DNA of 64,000 bases from an uncultured Gammaproteobacteria bacterium (GTDB taxonomy: Bacteria > Patescibacteriota > Microgenomatia > UBA8517): positions 37,153 through 101,152 of the forward strand of contig CAZWNZ010000003.1 in NCBI GenBank assembly GCA_964635715.1, written 5' to 3'. The notes under the pieces were generated by a model that worked only from the letters and a program-made list of their open reading frames with translations, made no database searches and was not told where the DNA came from. Positions within the stretch are counted from its first letter, which is position 1. The number at the start of each line of letters is the position of its first letter. Positions 46,658 to 56,567 of this stretch are shown here, piece by piece. The position numbers and the translations under genes are program-made.

Positions 46658-47815
46658 ATGATTCAAATCACCAAATCAAAAAGAATAACAATAAGTTTCA
46701 TTGTAAGTTTGTTTATATTTTTATTATTTATGACAATAAACACAAAAGTTAAAGGACAGGTTGTTATAAATGAATTTCAATTGAGTCCGTCCAACGAACA
46801 ATGGATTGAACTCTACAATAAAGGTGAAGATTCTGAAAATTTGTCTGGATGGATAATTGATGATAATGGTGGAAGTAGCGGTGTTTATACAATTCCCTCA
46901 GATACATACCTGTTGCCAAATAAATGCCTCTCCTTTAAAGGCACCTTTAACTGGAATGTATCTAGCCAAGACATAGTTAGACTTATTCAGCCTTCTGGCG
47001 TATTTGAATCATATTCTTATTTAAAATCTCCTGGAGATTATGTAAGCATAGGGCGAATAGTGGATGGTGATGGCGACTTTACCATACTTGGTTTGCAATC
47101 AAGAGATAAATATAATTCGAATGGAGAAAGTTGCTTAATGCCAGTTTCAACACCGTCTCCATTACCCTCTCCGATATTGACCCCATCTCCGACTATTTCA
47201 CCAACTTCCCCAAAAGCTGTTTATAAAATTAACCAACCAAAAGACAATGATGGAAATGATCTCTCGAGCGTTAAAATTTATGTCGATGGTAACTACACTC
47301 ATCATGAAGATGAAGAAGTTCTTCAGTTTTTTGATGGGCATAAATGTAGCTCCGATGTTTTATGTGGTTTGGGTACTCACACAATCAGTTTAAAGAAAGA
47401 TGGCTTTTCGACTTGGGAAGACACGCAGGATTTGCTAGCAGGAGTAAATTTGGAAGTAAATCCTGTTTTAGACAAGTTAAGCACAGCCCTACCTACAGCC
47501 TCGCCTACCGTTTCACCAATTTCGACAAAAACTCCGAAGCCAACTCCAACAAAAACACCATCACCAACCGATGTTGCAGCTTCAGAGTCTGCGGTTTTGG
47601 GAATTCATGAAAGTTTTTTAAAAACTACAGATCCAAGTCAGGAAGCCATACAAAAAAGTGAAGGGAAAGCTCCTATTCTACCCATTATTTTAGTTTTTGC
47701 AGGTTTGTGCTTTATAGCTATCCCTATTTTTAGTATTATTAAGAATGGCCAAAAAAGTTCTGAGACTCATAAACCTTTGGATTCCTCCGATTCTTTGGGC
47801 AGCAATGATATATAA
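46658..47815 (+). CDS. lamin-tail-domain (LTD) surface protein with PT-rich linkers and C-terminal TM anchor
   Basis: VVINEFQLSPSNEQWIELYNKGEDSENLSGWIIDD LTD signature, Pro/Ser/Thr linkers, C-terminal hydrophobic helix. Confidence 0.55.
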   Translation: MIQITKSKRITISFIVSLFIFLLFMTINTKVKGQVVINEFQLSPSNEQWIELYNKGEDSENLSGWIIDDNGGSSGVYTIPSDTYLLPNKCLSFKGTFNWNVSSQDIVRLIQPSGVFESYSYLKSPGDYVSIGRIVDGDGDFTILGLQSRDKYNSNGESCLMPVSTPSPLPSPILTPSPTISPTSPKAVYKINQPKDNDGNDLSSVKIYVDGNYTHHEDEEVLQFFDGHKCSSDVLCGLGTHTISLKKDGFSTWEDTQDLLAGVNLEVNPVLDKLSTALPTASPTVSPISTKTPKPTPTKTPSPTDVAASESAVLGIHESFLKTTDPSQEAIQKSEGKAPILPIILVFAGLCFIAIPIFSIIKNGQKSSETHKPLDSSDSLGSNDI

Positions 47816-48167
47816 ATTTTCCTCAGGAAGCATTCCTAAAGCTTCGGAATCTTATTGGCTGGATTTTGTTATCAAAAAAATAGGTCATATGATTCTTTTT
47901 GCCACTTTGGCAATTCTTAATTACCGTGCTCTAATTGGTGAGGGTGTTGAAAGAAAAAAAGCTGCAATTTGGGCAGTTGCTGGATCATTTTTGTATGGAG
48001 TTTCAGACGAAATTCATCAGATGTTTACACAAGGCAGGGAAGCAAAGCCGAGGGATGTTGCGATAGACGGGGTTGGCGCCGGAATAGCAATTTATATAAT
48101 TTATAAATATGTTTTAAAGCTCCCTAAAGGATTGCGTGACTTATTGGCGAAAGTTGGGATAAAATAA
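47745..48167 (+). CDS. VanZ-like family membrane protein
   Basis: DEIHQMFTQGREAKPRDVAIDGVGAGIAIYI VanZ motif. The track ORF overlaps the LTD gene 3' end by 71 nt; the alternative ATG at 47805 reduces that to 11 nt. Confidence 0.6.
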   Translation: MAKKVLRLINLWIPPILWAAMIYKFSSGSIPKASESYWLDFVIKKIGHMILFATLAILNYRALIGEGVERKKAAIWAVAGSFLYGVSDEIHQMFTQGREAKPRDVAIDGVGAGIAIYIIYKYVLKLPKGLRDLLAKVGIK

Positions 48168-48171
48168 CGTT

Positions 48172-49164
48172 ATGTCGAAAATACTGGTAACAGGTGGTGC
48201 GGGCTACATAGGTTCGTTTATGGTTCGTGAACTTCAAAGTAAGGGGTTTGACCCAGTAATAGTTGATAATTTGTCTCAGGGCCATAGACAGGCAGTCAAA
48301 GATTTTAGATTGGAAAATATTGATTTGGTTAGTGAAAAAGAGAAACTTGATACCCTTTTGGCTTCAGAGAAATTTGACGGAGTAGTACATATGGCTAGCT
48401 TTATTCAAATGGGTGAGTCCTATAAAGACCCGGGGAAATATTATAGAAATAACGTTTACGGATTTATGAACTTGCTTGATTCCATGAGAAATGGAGGTGT
48501 AAATAAAATTATTATTTCCAGCAGTGCAGGCGTTTATGGCAATCCAGTTAAACTTCCCATAGAAGAAAATGATCCTAAAAATCCGCTTAATCCTTATGGA
48601 GAAACAAAATATATTTTAGAGCGCATGCTGGAAGACTATGATGCCGCTTATGGCATTAAATTTATCAGTATACGTTACTTTAATGCTGCAGGTGCGGCTC
48701 TTGATGGAAGTATTGGTGAGGATCACCCGTTGGAGAGCCATCTTATCCCTAACATTATTAAAAAAGCTTTGAAAGGTGAAGAAATTGAAATTTTTGGTAA
48801 TGATTACAACACCCCCGATGGAACAAATATTCGTGATTATATCCATGTTTTGGATCTTGTTGAAACACATTCAATAGCAATACAAAAGCTAATTGAAGGA
48901 GCGGGTAGCAATTTTTACAATGCAGGTATAGGCAGAGGTTATTCGAACAAAGAAATATTAGATACAGTTCGACAATCAATGGGGATTGATCTGAAGATTA
49001 AATATGTACCCAGAAGGCAAGGGGATGCAGATGCGCTTTTTGCATCAATTGAAAAAATTCAAAAAGATTTTTCTTGGACACCTAAATATGGAATAAAAGA
49101 AATAGTGGAAACTGCACTTACCTGGCATAAAAGTCATCCTTCAGGATATGCTAATATGGATTAG
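48172..49164 (+). CDS. galE: UDP-glucose 4-epimerase
   Basis: ILVTGGAGYIGS NAD-binding motif, YGETKY catalytic motif, ~330 aa. Confidence 0.85.
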   Translation: MSKILVTGGAGYIGSFMVRELQSKGFDPVIVDNLSQGHRQAVKDFRLENIDLVSEKEKLDTLLASEKFDGVVHMASFIQMGESYKDPGKYYRNNVYGFMNLLDSMRNGGVNKIIISSSAGVYGNPVKLPIEENDPKNPLNPYGETKYILERMLEDYDAAYGIKFISIRYFNAAGAALDGSIGEDHPLESHLIPNIIKKALKGEEIEIFGNDYNTPDGTNIRDYIHVLDLVETHSIAIQKLIEGAGSNFYNAGIGRGYSNKEILDTVRQSMGIDLKIKYVPRRQGDADALFASIEKIQKDFSWTPKYGIKEIVETALTWHKSHPSGYANMD

Positions 49165-49172
49165 TAGTTATT

Positions 49173-50132
49173 TTGTTTTATGCCATGAAATTTATCCATT
49201 TTGTAAGACATCTTTTTGTTCCTTATGTAAGCAATAATCAGAAAGCAAAGCTTCTACACCCTATCAGTCTTTTTGTAATAGCACTGGTTTTGGTTAGCTT
49301 TCAGTTTGTGCTTACTTTTGCCGGTAAATCATTCCCGAGAGTATTGGGATATGCGGCAAATATTTCTCCGGGGGAGGTTATAAGGCTTACCAATGTGGAA
49401 AGGTCAAATAACGGACTGGCTCCTTTGGCATCAAATGATGTGCTTTCTCAGGCAGCAATAGCTAAAGGAAATGATATGTTGGCTAAAGGCTATTGGGCAC
49501 ATTTTGCACCTGACGGAACATCTCCTTGGACGTTTTTTTTAAATTTTGGATACAAATATAGGTATGCAGGAGAGAACCTTGCTCGTGACTTTGCGGATGC
49601 GGGAAGTGCAGTAAATGCCTGGATGAATTCTCCTACACATCGCGAAAATATTTTAAATGCAAACTACCAGGAAATAGGAATAGGCGTTGTTGAAGGGAGT
49701 CTGGCGGGAGTCGATACCACAATAATTGTTCAATTTTTTGGTACGCCTTTAGAAAATACAGCTGCTAATATTCCACAGGCCAAAGCTCAGGATGTAGCTT
49801 CTGTTGCAACAGCAAAAAATTCGGTGGTGCCTAAACCAACAACAACACCTTCCCCAACGCCGATACCAACTCCGACTGCTACGCCGATTCCGGAGCCTGA
49901 GCAAATAGTGAATGCAACCAGTTCGTCTATCACTTTTGTTTCACCGTTTTCTTCTACAAAAGGCATTTCACTTTTAGTTACGGGTTTGCTTTTGATGCTT
50001 TTGTCGATTGATTTTGTTGTGGTAAAGCGTAATAAAATTATCAGAACCGGAGGTAGAACTCTTGCACACATAGCTTTTCTGGGAATGATTTTGGCGGTTA
50101 TTTTAATATTAAAGGCGGGGCAAATAATATAA
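49173..50132 (+). CDS. CAP/SCP/PR-1-like domain protein (YkwD-like), with PT linker and C-terminal TM
   Basis: RLTNVERSNNGLAPL ... WMNSPTHRENILNANYQEIGIGVV CAP-domain motifs. Confidence 0.7.
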   Translation: MFYAMKFIHFVRHLFVPYVSNNQKAKLLHPISLFVIALVLVSFQFVLTFAGKSFPRVLGYAANISPGEVIRLTNVERSNNGLAPLASNDVLSQAAIAKGNDMLAKGYWAHFAPDGTSPWTFFLNFGYKYRYAGENLARDFADAGSAVNAWMNSPTHRENILNANYQEIGIGVVEGSLAGVDTTIIVQFFGTPLENTAANIPQAKAQDVASVATAKNSVVPKPTTTPSPTPIPTPTATPIPEPEQIVNATSSSITFVSPFSSTKGISLLVTGLLLMLLSIDFVVVKRNKIIRTGGRTLAHIAFLGMILAVILILKAGQII

Positions 50133-50147
50133 TATAGTAAATAAAAT

Positions 50148-50408
50148 ATGAAAGCATTTCTTAAAGATTTAAGTCACTATATGGTTCTTTTTGGGATACT
50201 TTTAGCCGGTTTTACCGGATTAATTCTTTTTTCTTACGATAAGTCTTACCAGGTAGCAGTCTCAGGTGCTCTGGTTTTGTCTTATATATCATGGGGAATA
50301 GTACATCACTACCTTCACAGAGATTTACATCTGGAGACGGTGATTGAATATGCAGTGGTGGGTATTTTGGGATTTGTGATAATCTTTTCTCTAATAATTA
50401 GGACGTGA
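50148..50408 (+). CDS. small membrane protein, hypothetical
   Basis: Three hydrophobic helices in 86 aa. Confidence 0.35.
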   Translation: MKAFLKDLSHYMVLFGILLAGFTGLILFSYDKSYQVAVSGALVLSYISWGIVHHYLHRDLHLETVIEYAVVGILGFVIIFSLIIRT

Positions 50409-50447
50409 ATTTGACACTGGATACATGATATACTTCTTCTTAACTCG

Positions 50448-51353
50448 ATGGGAACAAGTAATCTAAAAAAAGTAACAAAAGCGGTTATCCCGGCAGCTGG
50501 CTTTGGAACGCGTTTTCTTCCCCAAACTAAAGCGATGCCTAAAGAGATGCTTCCGATTGTTGATAAGCCGGTAATTCAGTATGTTGTTGAAGAGCTTGTT
50601 GAGGCTGGAATCAAAGATATTGTTATAGTAACAGGCTACCATAAACGTACAATTGAAGATCATTTTGATTTCCCCAATTTGGATCTTATCGAAAATCTTA
50701 AGATGGGTGGAGAAAAAAAGAAGCCTCTTTTGGAACAAGTTGAGAAAATTGCCAATATGGCAAATTTTGTATATGTCAGACAAAAAGGGCCATATGGCAA
50801 CGGCACACCTCTTTTGAACGCTAGACAAATTATTGGAGACGAACCGTTTATTTACGCATGGAGCGACGATTTTATTGTAGCAGAACCATCAAGGTTTAAA
50901 CAACTTATTAAAACTTATGAAAAGTATGGCTATAGCTGTATGTCCGGAATAAAAGCGAATAAAGATGAAGATTATGATAGATATGGTTTTGTCGGTGGTC
51001 ATGAGTTGGAAAAAGGAGTAATTGATGCAGAAGTGATTGTTGAAAAACCAGGTAAAGAGAACGCACCTAGCGATTTGGCTACGGTTTCAGGGTTTTTATT
51101 TACGCCGGATATTTTCAATTATCTTGACAAAGCCATGGAAAGGCTTAATGGTGGTCAAGAATTTTATTACAACGATGCTCTTAAATTAATGCTTGAGGAT
51201 GGCAAGCATGTTTTGGGAGTCGAGATTGTTAACGGAAAGTATTATGACACCGGTAATAAGCTTGAATATCTTAAAACTGTGGTTGAATTCGCTCTAAAAC
51301 ACCCCGACATGAACGGAAAATTCAGGGAATATCTTAAAACTCTTGACCTTTAA
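50448..51353 (+). CDS. galU: UTP--glucose-1-phosphate uridylyltransferase
   Basis: KAVIPAAGFGTRFLPQTKAMPKEMLPIVDKPVIQYVVEE N-terminal nucleotidyltransferase signature. Confidence 0.85.
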   Translation: MGTSNLKKVTKAVIPAAGFGTRFLPQTKAMPKEMLPIVDKPVIQYVVEELVEAGIKDIVIVTGYHKRTIEDHFDFPNLDLIENLKMGGEKKKPLLEQVEKIANMANFVYVRQKGPYGNGTPLLNARQIIGDEPFIYAWSDDFIVAEPSRFKQLIKTYEKYGYSCMSGIKANKDEDYDRYGFVGGHELEKGVIDAEVIVEKPGKENAPSDLATVSGFLFTPDIFNYLDKAMERLNGGQEFYYNDALKLMLEDGKHVLGVEIVNGKYYDTGNKLEYLKTVVEFALKHPDMNGKFREYLKTLDL

Positions 51354-51355
51354 AT

Positions 51356-53278
51356 ATGAAGCTACTTGTAACAGGTGCGGCGGGATTTATTGGCGCAAAT
51401 TTTGTCCACTATTGGCTGGAAAAATACCCAAATGATGAAGTAAGGGTAATCGATGCTTTGACGTACGCCGGGAATATTGAAAATTTATCTCCTGTAATTA
51501 AAAAAATTAAGTTTTTTGAAGCTGATATTAATGATAGGGTAAAAGTATCTGAGGCAATGAAAGGGGTGGATGTGGTTGTTCATTTTGCGGCAGAAAGTCA
51601 TGTTGACAGGAGTGTTTTTGACCCCAGTAGATATTGGCAGACAAATGTTCATGGTACCTTGACCCTTCTTGAAGAGGCCCAAAAGTTGGGAATTAATAGA
51701 TTTCATCATATTTCAACAGATGAAGTATATGGTGAATTGCCTTTGGGTACAGATGAAAAATTTAGTGAAGAAACTCCCTATGCTCCGCGCCCCGACAATT
51801 TGTATGCTCTTAGCAAAGCAGAAGCCGATAAAGTGGTAATGGATTTTTATCAGAGAACGGGGATGTATATTACGATTTCAAATTGTTCCAATAATTACGG
51901 TCCATATCAATTTCCCGAGAAATTTATTCCAATTGTCGTTACTAATTTAATTGACGGAATACAAGTTCCTGTACATGGAGATGGTCGAAATGAAAGGGAT
52001 TGGATACATACAATGGATCATGCTTCAGCAATAGATCTTATTTTACAAAAAGGCAAAAGAGGAGAGACTTATCTGGTTGGTTCCAACAATGATAGAAATA
52101 ACGATTATATAGCCAGAAAAGTGGTTGAGCTTTATGGAAAGGATGATAGCGTTATTCGTCATGTACCGGATAGACACAGTAACGATAGACGCTATGCAAT
52201 TAATGCCACAAAAATTATTACAGATCTTGGTTGGAAACCAAAGATCGGCCGTGACAATTTTGATGACGGTTTGAAGGAAACTATAAAATGGTATAAAGAA
52301 AACCAGGATTGGTGGCGCCCGCTTCTGAAAAGACGGGCTCTTATAACCGATGACGAGAAAACCATCAGTGCTTTTATTACTTTAGACCGTGAAACCGGAA
52401 AAACTAAGTTCATTTTTGGAAAGCTTCAAGACCAAGATAAGATAAAACTTCCGGAAAGCGACCTCAAAGAACATTTTGTTGAGGAAAACCTTGTTCGCTA
52501 TGAAATTGTTGAGAAAAATATTCAGTCTAAAAAATGGTATCAGGCAAGTAGTGAAGAAATTAAAAAAGAAATACATGCTTTAGCTATGAACCCTTCAACT
52601 TTTGGGTATGTTGAAGATTTGGCAATGAGGGAAGATAAAATTGACGGAGATACACTTTTGAAACTAACCAAAATAGTTCACGGTGACGCTGAATATGGTA
52701 TTTATGGAATCGGCACATGGTTTGAAGTTGAAAACAAAAAGAAAGAAAGAAGAATGGAGGGTTATTATTCGTGGGGTTGGGGACCTAAGTCCGGCGCAAA
52801 ACTTCTCGTTCTCATTAAAAGACATGGTGAGATAACTCATTTTGCATTTCAAAGAGAGGCAAAATTCCCGACAGGTTCGGTAGTTTACAATCTTGCCGGA
52901 GGGTTCCCTAGATTGAACGAAAGTGTTTTGAATTTCATTATCCGCTCTCTTAAAAAAGATTTAAATCTTAATGTTAAGGATGGTGATGTAACCTTGACTG
53001 AAATAGTTAGTCTTGGCCGTGTTGTTCCAGATTCAGGTATGACAAACAATCACCCAAATCTGTATGCAATAATATTGGAACTTGGGGATTCAAAATTCCC
53101 TGAGGTTCAAGCAGGAGACAAATTTGAAGAAGGCGAAGGTATTGTCCTTTGGCCTATAAGTGAAGTTTCGGAGATTGTTAGTAAATGTGACGATTCTTAC
53201 TTTTTGTCTGCCATATCCAGACTAACTCTATCCGGAATATATACAATAAATTTATCGGTAAATAATAAAAAAGAATAA
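51356..53278 (+). CDS. rfbB: dTDP-glucose 4,6-dehydratase fused to a ~300-aa C-terminal domain of unknown function
   Basis: The N-terminal 330 aa carry LLVTGAAGFIGANFV and YALSKAEADKVV (YxxxK). The C-terminal half has no canonical motif except a degenerate Nudix-like segment GGFPRLNESVLNFIIRSLKKDL (G-X5-E-X7-R). Confidence 0.75.
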   Translation: MKLLVTGAAGFIGANFVHYWLEKYPNDEVRVIDALTYAGNIENLSPVIKKIKFFEADINDRVKVSEAMKGVDVVVHFAAESHVDRSVFDPSRYWQTNVHGTLTLLEEAQKLGINRFHHISTDEVYGELPLGTDEKFSEETPYAPRPDNLYALSKAEADKVVMDFYQRTGMYITISNCSNNYGPYQFPEKFIPIVVTNLIDGIQVPVHGDGRNERDWIHTMDHASAIDLILQKGKRGETYLVGSNNDRNNDYIARKVVELYGKDDSVIRHVPDRHSNDRRYAINATKIITDLGWKPKIGRDNFDDGLKETIKWYKENQDWWRPLLKRRALITDDEKTISAFITLDRETGKTKFIFGKLQDQDKIKLPESDLKEHFVEENLVRYEIVEKNIQSKKWYQASSEEIKKEIHALAMNPSTFGYVEDLAMREDKIDGDTLLKLTKIVHGDAEYGIYGIGTWFEVENKKKERRMEGYYSWGWGPKSGAKLLVLIKRHGEITHFAFQREAKFPTGSVVYNLAGGFPRLNESVLNFIIRSLKKDLNLNVKDGDVTLTEIVSLGRVVPDSGMTNNHPNLYAIILELGDSKFPEVQAGDKFEEGEGIVLWPISEVSEIVSKCDDSYFLSAISRLTLSGIYTINLSVNNKKE

Positions 53279-53847
53279 TGGGATCACAAAATATAATAAA
53301 AACCTCAATTGAGGGAGTAGTCTTGGTCCAAAGACCAATAAAAACTGATAATAGAGGTTTTTTTCACGAAATTTTTCGAAAAGAAGAACTTAAAGAGGCA
53401 ACGGGGGTTGGATTTGATCCGATCCAATGGAGTCATTCAATGAGCCATCCCGGAGTAATCCGTGCGGTTCATACTGAAAACTGGAATAAGCTTATCTACC
53501 CTGTTACGGGAATTTTGTATGCCCCAATCGTAGATCTGAGACCGGAGTCAAAAACATTTGGTAAGACTGAATACATAACTATTGATAATACTAAAGAGGA
53601 TTCTCCCCGCCGGGCGATATTTTTACCAAAAGGGGGAATTGGAAATTCCATTTGTGCTTTGGGGGACTATGACCTTCATTATTTGTATCTGGTTGACGAA
53701 TATTGGGATGACTCAAAAGCAAAAGGTGTTGCCTGGGACGATCCTGACTTGAATATTCAATGGCCTGTAGACAGTCCTATTCTATCGGAGCGTGATAGAA
53801 ATAATCCTACCCTGAGGGAAATGTTTCCTGATAAATTTACTCAATGA
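53278..53847 (+). CDS. rfbC: dTDP-4-dehydrorhamnose 3,5-epimerase
   Basis: RmlC cupin motifs (DNRGFFHEIF, WSHSMSHPGVIRAVH). Confidence 0.8.
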   Translation: MGSQNIIKTSIEGVVLVQRPIKTDNRGFFHEIFRKEELKEATGVGFDPIQWSHSMSHPGVIRAVHTENWNKLIYPVTGILYAPIVDLRPESKTFGKTEYITIDNTKEDSPRRAIFLPKGGIGNSICALGDYDLHYLYLVDEYWDDSKAKGVAWDDPDLNIQWPVDSPILSERDRNNPTLREMFPDKFTQ

Positions 53848-54746
53848 AAAAAATATTAATAATTGGAGGCAGCGGCATGGTTGCTTCAAGGTTTGTCGAT
53901 CTTATGAAGGACAAATATGAGATTACCGTTTCTGACGAGAAAACATTGGATATTACCAACAAAGAAGCTGTAATAAATTATTTTGACATAAGTACATTTG
54001 AAAAGGTTATTAATTTCGCTGCATTCACAAATGTTGATGGGGCAGAAGCTCAAAGAGGAGATGAAACCGGATTGGTGTGGAATTTGAATGTTGAAGGACC
54101 AAGGTATTTATCCGAGGTTTGTAAAAATAAAAATATATTTTTGATACACATTTCCACAGACTTTATTTTTCCAGGTAGCGAAGTGAACCCTGGTCCCTAT
54201 TCTGAAGATGCCGAGCTGCCAAGTGGTTTAGATGACAAGATGGGGTGGTACGGTTGGACCAAAAACAGAGCAGAAAAAGTGGTTTCCGAATCTGGCTGCA
54301 AGTATGCAATTGTAAGATATGGATATCCATTTAGAGCCTCGGAGTATGATATAAAGAAAGATTGGGCAAGAAATTTACTCGGGTTATATAACGAACAAAA
54401 ATTGTACCCTCTTTTTGCCGACCAGATTCAAAGCGTAATGTTTATTGATGATTTAGCCTTGCCACTTAGTAAAATTATAGATGACGAAATTCAAGGTGTT
54501 TTTCACTTGGTTTCCAAAGATACAACGACTCCGTACGAAATAGGTTCCTATTTATTAGAAAAGTATGTTGGAAAACCGGTGGAACTTCAAAAAGGTTCAA
54601 TGATTGAATTTTTAAAAGCTCCCGGCAGAACTCCAAGGCCAAGATTGGGTGGACTCAAGGTTGAAAAGACTGAAGAAACTCTGGGTGTAGAAATGCCGAC
54701 TTGGAAAGAAATGATTGATAAATTTATAGATCAGATTAAAAAATAA
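53844..54746 (+). CDS. rfbD: RmlD-family NAD(P)-dependent reductase (dTDP-4-dehydrorhamnose reductase-like)
   Basis: MKKILIIGGSGMVASRF Rossmann start, ~300 aa, positioned after rfbB/rfbC. Confidence 0.55.
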   Translation: MKKILIIGGSGMVASRFVDLMKDKYEITVSDEKTLDITNKEAVINYFDISTFEKVINFAAFTNVDGAEAQRGDETGLVWNLNVEGPRYLSEVCKNKNIFLIHISTDFIFPGSEVNPGPYSEDAELPSGLDDKMGWYGWTKNRAEKVVSESGCKYAIVRYGYPFRASEYDIKKDWARNLLGLYNEQKLYPLFADQIQSVMFIDDLALPLSKIIDDEIQGVFHLVSKDTTTPYEIGSYLLEKYVGKPVELQKGSMIEFLKAPGRTPRPRLGGLKVEKTEETLGVEMPTWKEMIDKFIDQIKK

Positions 54747-54748
54747 AT

Positions 54749-55381
54749 TTAAGTTCTTTCAGCTCTCCACTTTTTTATTTCTGCATGATTCCCCGAAAGA
54801 AGGACTTTTGGGACACCCCATTTTCCATACTTATCAGGTCTTGTATATTGGGGATATTCTAAGTATCCGGGTTCTTTGTGTGACTCGTCGGCAGATGATT
54901 CATCTTTTCCCAAAACTCCGGGAAGCAAGCGGATTATTGAATCAACTAGAACCATAGAGGGAATTTCCCCTCCAGTTAGTACGTAGTCACCAATTGATAT
55001 TACTTCATCAACAAGGTGTTCATGGACCCTATGATCGACCCCTTCGTAATGTCCGGCGATTAAAATTAAATGTTTCGTGTTTGAAAGTTTTTTTGCTTTG
55101 CCTTGAGTAAACCTTTCACCAGTAGCATCAAGAAGTATTACTTTTGAATCTTTGGTTTTTATATCTTTAAGTGCGGCATCGATTATATCAACCCTTAGAA
55201 CCATTCCAACTCCTCCCCCATAAGGTCTGTCGTCTACATTTTTTCGATCAGTTTCACCCCAATCACGTAGATTATGTACTTTAATATCAATCAAACCTTT
55301 ACTCTCTGCACGTTTGATTATTGAGGCATCAAAAGGACCCTTAAACATGTCCGGAAAAAGAGTGATGATATCAATTTTCAT
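54749..55381 (-). CDS. trmD: tRNA (guanine37-N1)-methyltransferase
   Basis: MKIDIITLFPDMF start and the SPOUT-knot region LIAGHYEGVDHRV. Confidence 0.9.
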   Translation of the reverse strand: MKIDIITLFPDMFKGPFDASIIKRAESKGLIDIKVHNLRDWGETDRKNVDDRPYGGGVGMVLRVDIIDAALKDIKTKDSKVILLDATGERFTQGKAKKLSNTKHLILIAGHYEGVDHRVHEHLVDEVISIGDYVLTGGEIPSMVLVDSIIRLLPGVLGKDESSADESHKEPGYLEYPQYTRPDKYGKWGVPKVLLSGNHAEIKKWRAERT

Positions 55382-55403
55382 ATGTGTATTGTATCATTTA
55401 TGT

Positions 55404-56567
55404 ATGGACAAAGTCGTGATTGTCATGCCTGCATATAAAGAACTGGAAAACCTTAGACTTATGATTCCAGAGCTTCTTGAAAAGTATTTCCCTGAAATAA
55501 CAGGCGCTGAAATGCACCTTCTTGTAGTTAATGATTTACCGCTTGGTGGAGGGCAGGGGGACGGCTCGGGAAATTTTATTCGTGAGGAGATGAAGAAATA
55601 TAAGAATCTTCACATTCTTGAAGGAGAAAAACAGGGTCTTGGATGGGCCTACATTAAAGGGTTTACCTATGCAATGAAGGAACTTGGTGCCGACGCAGTG
55701 ATGGAAATGGACGCAGATTTCCAGCATCCTCCTCGCTTTGTGAAGCCAATGGTTGAAGCCTATCTTAATGGTGCAGATTATTGTATAGGTAGTCGTTATA
55801 TTAAGGGAGGTTCTGTTCCAAAAGAATGGGCACTTTCTAGAAAAATAGTTAGTTACTTTGGAAACCTTTTTATAAGAATTTGTTTACTCAATTTCAAGTA
55901 CCACGATTTTACAACTGGTTTTAGATTGACAAGAATTAAGGGGGTTATGGATCATATAGATTTACCAAATCTAATGGAACCAACAAGGTTTGCTCATAAG
56001 ACGGATCTTTTATATCAAAGTCTTAAGTTGTCCAAAAAGACCGTGGAAGTTCCACTTGAATTTGCCTCCAGAACAAAGGAACAATCAAAGTTTAGCTGGA
56101 TAGAATTTGTAACATCTCTTAAAGTAGCAATCATTTTAGGAGTCAAAGACAAGATAAGGTTTGTGAAATTTGGCGTTGTTGGTGGTACGGGGTTTGTTGT
56201 CAATTATGTAGGATTAGAACTTCTCAGCCGTCTTGGACTTTCCACATACTTAGCCACATTGTTTGCAACAGAAGCTTCGATAATTTCAAATTTTATCCTG
56301 AATAACATCTGGACATTTAAAGATAAGACGATAACATCATTCAAAGGTTTGGTCGTCCAGTTTTTGAAGTTTAATTTTTCTTCGCTGTTTGCGGTTATAG
56401 TTCAACCGCTAATCGTGTCCGGAGTTTCAAAATGGTTAGGAGACACATCGTTGGTACATTTCGGAGCGCTTGTGTTTGCGCTTATTTTTGTAATTGTTCC
56501 TTACAACTACACGGTTTACAACTTATTCATCTGGCGAACTTGGAAACTTCCTTGGAAGAAGAATTAG
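55404..56567 (+). CDS. GT2 polyprenyl-phosphate sugar synthase (DPM-synthase-like) fused to C-terminal GtrA-like membrane domain
   Basis: VVIVMPAYKELENL ... DADFQHP GT2 motifs, then FVKFGVVGGTGFVVNYVGLELL GtrA-like TM domain. The start is trimmed to the ATG after the divergent trmD. Confidence 0.7.
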   Translation: MDKVVIVMPAYKELENLRLMIPELLEKYFPEITGAEMHLLVVNDLPLGGGQGDGSGNFIREEMKKYKNLHILEGEKQGLGWAYIKGFTYAMKELGADAVMEMDADFQHPPRFVKPMVEAYLNGADYCIGSRYIKGGSVPKEWALSRKIVSYFGNLFIRICLLNFKYHDFTTGFRLTRIKGVMDHIDLPNLMEPTRFAHKTDLLYQSLKLSKKTVEVPLEFASRTKEQSKFSWIEFVTSLKVAIILGVKDKIRFVKFGVVGGTGFVVNYVGLELLSRLGLSTYLATLFATEASIISNFILNNIWTFKDKTITSFKGLVVQFLKFNFSSLFAVIVQPLIVSGVSKWLGDTSLVHFGALVFALIFVIVPYNYTVYNLFIWRTWKLPWKKN

